Part shown: positions 9,489 through 13,384 of the stretch, piece by piece | Numbering within the stretch: position 1 is the stretch's first letter | Layout of the letters: every line of letters starts with the position of its first letter | Source of the DNA: Zygophlyctis sp. KS116 | Lineage: Eukaryota; Fungi; Chytridiomycota | DNA length: 13,384 nt | Reading direction: 5' to 3' | Assembly: GCA_054661495.1 (NCBI GenBank) | Contig: BAAFSQ010000272.1 | Location: 1 to 13,384, forward strand | Program-made: the position numbers and the translations under genes | The notes under the pieces: model-generated | Database searches by the model: none | Seen by the model: only the letters and a program-made list of their open reading frames with translations | What the model was told of the DNA's origin: nothing

Positions 9489-10079
9489 ATGGCAAGGATC
9501 ACTCTCAAACCCAAATATGTTCCATCGACTGGCCCTCCGGTAGTACAACCATTGACTCCTTCAAAGCAAGTCTTAAAGAGAAGGCAAAGAAGAGTCATTA
9601 GAAAAGAAAGAGGTATGGTTTGTTTTGGATGCAGATCAAAGGGACATTCTATAAAGACTTGTCCAAAGGAATCTATCAGTAATTCTTGTTATAGATGTGG
9701 TAGTAAAGAGCATGCATTGTCAAGATGCCCAATTCCTTTAGATCCAGAAAATCCTACACCCCTTGCATCTTGCTTTGTCTGTAATAAGGCAGGGCATTTA
9801 AGTAAAGACTGTCCTATAAATGATAAAGGATTATATCCTCATGGAGGAGGATGTAAATTTTGTGGATCTGTTAGACATTTGGCACAACATTGTAATCCTA
9901 GTTCTATGGAAGTTGGGGTTAAAACTATTGGTAAATTAAATCTAGAACAGGGAGCTGATGATGGTATTTTTTTCTAAATTTAATTTTAAGATGATGTTTT
10001 CATTGCTCTTGACAATATGCAATCTAGCATCGTAAAAAAGGATGTTAAAAATCCTTCTAAAAAGATTGTTTTATTTTAA
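9489..10079 (+). CDS. ZCCHC9: CCHC zinc-knuckle protein, ZCCHC9-like. Exons 9489-9963, 9991-10079
   Basis: Four CX2CX4HX4C knuckles; GLYPHGGGCKFCGS before the fourth; GADD-DD; C-terminal KKIVLF*. Intron 9964-9990 (27). Confidence 0.85.
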
Positions 10080-10082
10080 ATT

Positions 10083-10480
10083 CTATTTTAAATCTCGATG
10101 GAAAGCCAAATCACGATTAGATAATTCCTGCGTGTATTGATATGAATCTCTTTCTAGTAGATTTTTGAGAGATTCTTTTCTAATGTTTAAGAGTTGTTTA
10201 TTTGCCAGAGATATTTCTTCAATGGTCCTTTATATTATTTAAAGTAATTACGACTCTTGAATTCTTTTCAAGTGACTCTTCCATTCAACTTTTAATCCTT
10301 CATCTTGCCAAGCCGAAACAATGGAAATCATTTCATTTCTAAAATTAAAATTTAAAATATATACTGATGTTCAATTTCTCTTTGACTTTTTAGTCGGTTC
10401 TCTTCCTTTGTTCTTCGGACATGCTGCAACTCTGCATGGATTCTAGCAGAGCTTTTCTTGAAGGGAGTATTAAGTGTCAT
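10083..10480 (-). CDS. CFAP141: CFAP141 (C1orf189)-like axonemal microtubule inner protein, 115 aa. Exons 10480-10365, 10338-10252, 10227-10083
   Basis: Not in the ORF track. Introns 10339-10364 (26) and 10228-10251 (24) give a 348-nt CDS. Its C-terminus, EEISLANKQLLNIRKESLKNLLERDSYQYTQELSNRDLAFHRD, matches the recalled C1orf189 pattern ELxLAxKQLLxVRxxxLxxLxExExxQYxQELxxxGxAF. Confidence 0.85.
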
Positions 10481-10637
10481 TAGGAAAATAAACTGTTGAT
10501 GACGTTTTATATTTACTTTTGAATTTTAAAATCTAAAAGAGCAAAAAAGAACAAGAATTCTAGTAATGTATGAGAGTTTAACTGATACCGTTGAAAAAAA
10601 TTTTAAATTTAACGTCAAAAATTTGCATTTTTCTTAA
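10481..10637. promoter_or_regulatory. Divergent intergenic region CFAP141/ARS2 (157 nt)
   Basis: Head-to-head start codons; oppositely oriented AACGTCA copies at 10500-10506 (-) and 10611-10617 (+). Confidence 0.65.
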
Positions 10638-12308
10638 ATGTACGATGATAGATCGCAGCCTGGGTTTTACTCTAGAAAGAGAGCTTCAAGTAGAGAAGAT
10701 CGGTTTAACAAGAGACCAAGGGATGATCGCAGAGGCAGCGGAGGCTTTAAAAGGAAATTTCAGGAAGATGAGTCTAGAGGAGATCCTTATAAATTAGATT
10801 ATTTAGTGAGTTTAAAACAGTTTCAAGAGTATTTTCTTAGAAATTCTAGATCAAAAGTGGAAGTAGGAGATGAAGAACTGTTGAAAAGATTTAATGTATA
10901 CAAGGAAAACTTTACAAGGAAACAACATGAAAAGTTTTTCTTGAAATTCAAAGACTCTGAATGGTTTAGAGAAAAATATCATCCGGAAGAATGTCTGGCT
11001 CGAAAGCAAGAGATTAAAGATTTACGGGCTAATTTGTCTCAAGAATTTGAAATTTCTTTGAAAAATGGGGAATTTGATTCTATTATATTTGAAGCCAAGG
11101 AGCCAATTAAAGATTCTACAAATGAAACAGACAATGCAGCGCTTATTGATAAGTCTATAGATTTGTCTCATGGATCTAAAAAGATGCTCTTTATTACAAA
11201 AATTCCAGACTTTGTAAAAAGAATAGAATTGGAAGAGATTTTACGCCAAAAGATGGATTTTGAGCGCTTGATATTATCAGATCCCAAAATAGAAAAGAAT
11301 ATGACCCGCTCTGGTTGGATTTTACTTGATTCTGGGGTTGATTTGGAAGAAATGTGCAAACTGGTGGATAATACTAAAGTATGTTTGAAGGTTGGGCTAA
11401 AGAATAGGTTGGGAATTTTACACTTTATATTGTGCCAAACGCTGCCTTTGTGCCAAAAGTTGCAATATTACCAAAGGAGATGAGTTTTCCTGATAGAATT
11501 AAAGTGGATTTGGAGCAGGTAAAGAAGCTGGCCAGAGGTTTAGATTTGGAAGTTGGTATCAAGGAGGATTCTGGTGTTTCGATTATAGATAAATGGATGG
11601 AGTCGGATCATAATGAAGAGGGAGTCCAGGTAATATCTTTTAATTAATTTTAGAATTCGAAAAAGTATCTAGATTTAATTATCTATTACTTGATGAAGGT
11701 TCATCAATATGATTACTATGGTGGTGTAGAAACAGACTCTCCCGAAAGCTTTGTGAGAAAATTGACTATTTCATTGCGTCCCATGACTGATGACATTGAT
11801 TCTGGTAATGAAAATGAATTTACCAAGGAGATCGACTCTCGGGTTGATTTAAGAATAAATTTGCAGAATTTAGATGATGAAAAGGTTACACAGCTAGGTG
11901 GAAGATCGCTGACCCGTGTTTTAGATGGGTTTTTAGCTAGCTATGTCAAAAAAGAATCTGAAACAAAGTATAGATGTGTCGAGTGTCAAAAGCTCTTTAA
12001 AGGAGATGAATACGTGAAGAAGCATTTAAAAACAAAACATCCCGAATTGGGTAAATCAATCACGACTGATACTCTAATGTTCAATGCATACATTTTGGAT
12101 CCAAATAAGATAGATCCAGTCAAAAATGCAGCACCTAGAGATAAAGTAGACAGTGGATTACGCTCTCGTGAATTTTCAGGACCCCAAAAAACGACTGGGT
12201 AAGTGCACTAATTTATTAATGCGTAGTCGATCTGATCCCCGCCAAATTCGTAGCTATGAAGATTTAGATGCCCCTGCAGATGGAGATATTGAGCTGCAGT
12301 ATGATTGA
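10638..12308 (+). CDS. ARS2: SERRATE/ARS2 RNA effector, about 529 aa. Exons 10638-11378, 11408-11629, 11654-12198, 12227-12308
   Basis: LVSLKQF, EWFREKYHP, an RRM-like segment (LFITKIP...RSGWI), LDLIIYYLMKVHQYDYY, C2H2 finger YRCVECQKLFKGDEYVKKHLKTKH, and C-terminal DPRQIRSYEDLDAP. Introns 11379-11407 (29), 11630-11653 (24), 12199-12226 (28). Confidence 0.95.
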
Positions 12309-12310
12309 TT

Positions 12311-12944
12311 CTTTTTTACGAGCCGTACTATATTTAGTTTACTACCATATAAATCCCTATTAGGATCGTTTATGACTGTTTTCACCAGGAATATTTTTTT
12401 TGATCACATTCCAAAATCTCTTTTCGGCTCTTCTCCTTCTTACATAGGCAAGAAAGATCCACACATTTTCATTTGAGTTTACTATATCTTCCAATGTCTG
12501 CTTCTAATCATCAACGCACGTTTCATCATATACAACATCGGTTCCGAAAACAATATTTAACCTTAAGAAATCCAATTCCATCTCTTCTAAATTAGATCCC
12601 CAAAGTAAATCGCGACACTTAATCCTAGATTCATTTGGGAAGTTTAATGTGATATTTTTTTGTAGAAGCGGCAAAACCGCCAAAGTAACAGTAAGAGTCA
12701 TTGACCAGCTGATTTGCGTTTTCTCTAAATACTTTGCAACAGTGATTCCAGCGAGTGCGGTGCCTGATCCGAGCTCCAGGATGTGCATTGAGCTCAATTG
12801 TTGATTTGATAACAGAAATACTAAATATTGTGCAAACACAGATCCAGCTTCGCAGACATTCCCGGCGATCCCATAATTCAGTGGATCTTGAGTGATCTGA
12901 ATTTCGGTGCCAGTGCCACAACAATCGGTGCGTTCTTGAAGCAT
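12311..12944 (-). pseudogene. Disrupted EFM6/METTL21-like (Methyltransf_16) protein lysine methyltransferase
   Basis: Motif I ILELGSGTALAGI, LLWG, DVVY and FLAYVRRRRAEKRFW are present. However, there is an in-frame TAG at 12504-12506, an apparent +1 frameshift in the A8 run (12394-12401), and substitutions VW->VC and LTD->LTV. Confidence 0.75.
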
Positions 12945-13016
12945 CTAGAGTTTGCTTAGGGTGGAGTTCGGGCCGTCGACGCGCCAAAATCTCCGGCGAA
13001 ATTAAGAAATAAAAAG
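12945..13016. promoter_or_regulatory. Divergent intergenic region methyltransferase pseudogene/polyubiquitin
   Basis: Short CpG-rich island (GGGCCGTCGACGCGCCAAAA...CCGGCGAAA) between head-to-head genes. Confidence 0.55.
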
Positions 13017-13046
13017 GTAATTGCGATGATATTTTCTTACAGTTAG
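13017..13046 (+). other. Probable 5'-UTR intron immediately before the polyubiquitin ATG
   Basis: AAG|GTAATT...CAGTTAG|ATG; 30 nt (26 nt if the CAG ending at 13042 is used). It has the same size and donor as the other introns here, and a leader intron abutting the ATG is common in polyubiquitin genes. Confidence 0.7.

Positions 13047-13384
<338 letters not shown>

Noticed and set aside
616-12226. Paramecium-like selection against stop-free 3n introns
   Set aside because: 13 of 32 coding introns are 3n (no depletion), and in-frame stops occur in 10/13 3n versus 13/19 non-3n introns, so there is no signal at this sample size.
2451-12308. RNA-processing gene cluster (LSM5, PCID2, ZCCHC9, ARS2, RPP1)
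   Set aside because: These are common housekeeping categories interspersed with unrelated genes, with no evidence of functional linkage.
12504-12506. TAG reassigned to Leu (as in some chytrid mitochondria) or Gln, or programmed readthrough
   Set aside because: No other gene here needs an internal TAG/TAA, CFAP141 appears to end in TAG, and the same gene carries three further lesions.
12504-12533. 30-nt GTATAT...TAG intron that would remove the premature stop in frame
   Set aside because: It would delete the conserved DxxY motif and the following helix, and would not repair the downstream frameshift.

Overview
Nuclear DNA from an AT-rich, very gene-dense eukaryote, most consistent with a flagellated (zoosporic, chytrid-like) fungus; the taxon is inferred from fungal-type proteins plus three ciliary genes. 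The fragmented ORF track reflects splicing. Reading by hand gives 14 loci in 13.4 kb, interrupted by about 33 ultra-short GT-AG introns of 23-34 nt (median 26). In order: a secreted GH5 mannanase-like enzyme with an N-terminal CBM10/fungal-dockerin-like module (partial, missed by the ORF track), ERO1, LSM5, a MOK/LF4 kinase, PP2C (Ptc2/3-like), a MAPR/Dap1-like cytochrome b5 protein, PCID2/CSN12, a C1a-32/CLAMP-like flagellar protein, ribosomal protein P1, a ZCCHC9-like zinc knuckle protein, CFAP141 (missed by the track), ARS2/SERRATE, a multiply disabled EFM6/METTL21-like methyltransferase, and polyubiquitin (partial, missed by the track). The most notable observations are the miniature-intron splicing system with degenerate signals, the dockerin/CBM10-like module on the GH5, extreme intergenic compaction, and a position-fixed AACGTCA motif upstream of three start codons. 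All assignments come from motif recognition by eye; no searches were run.
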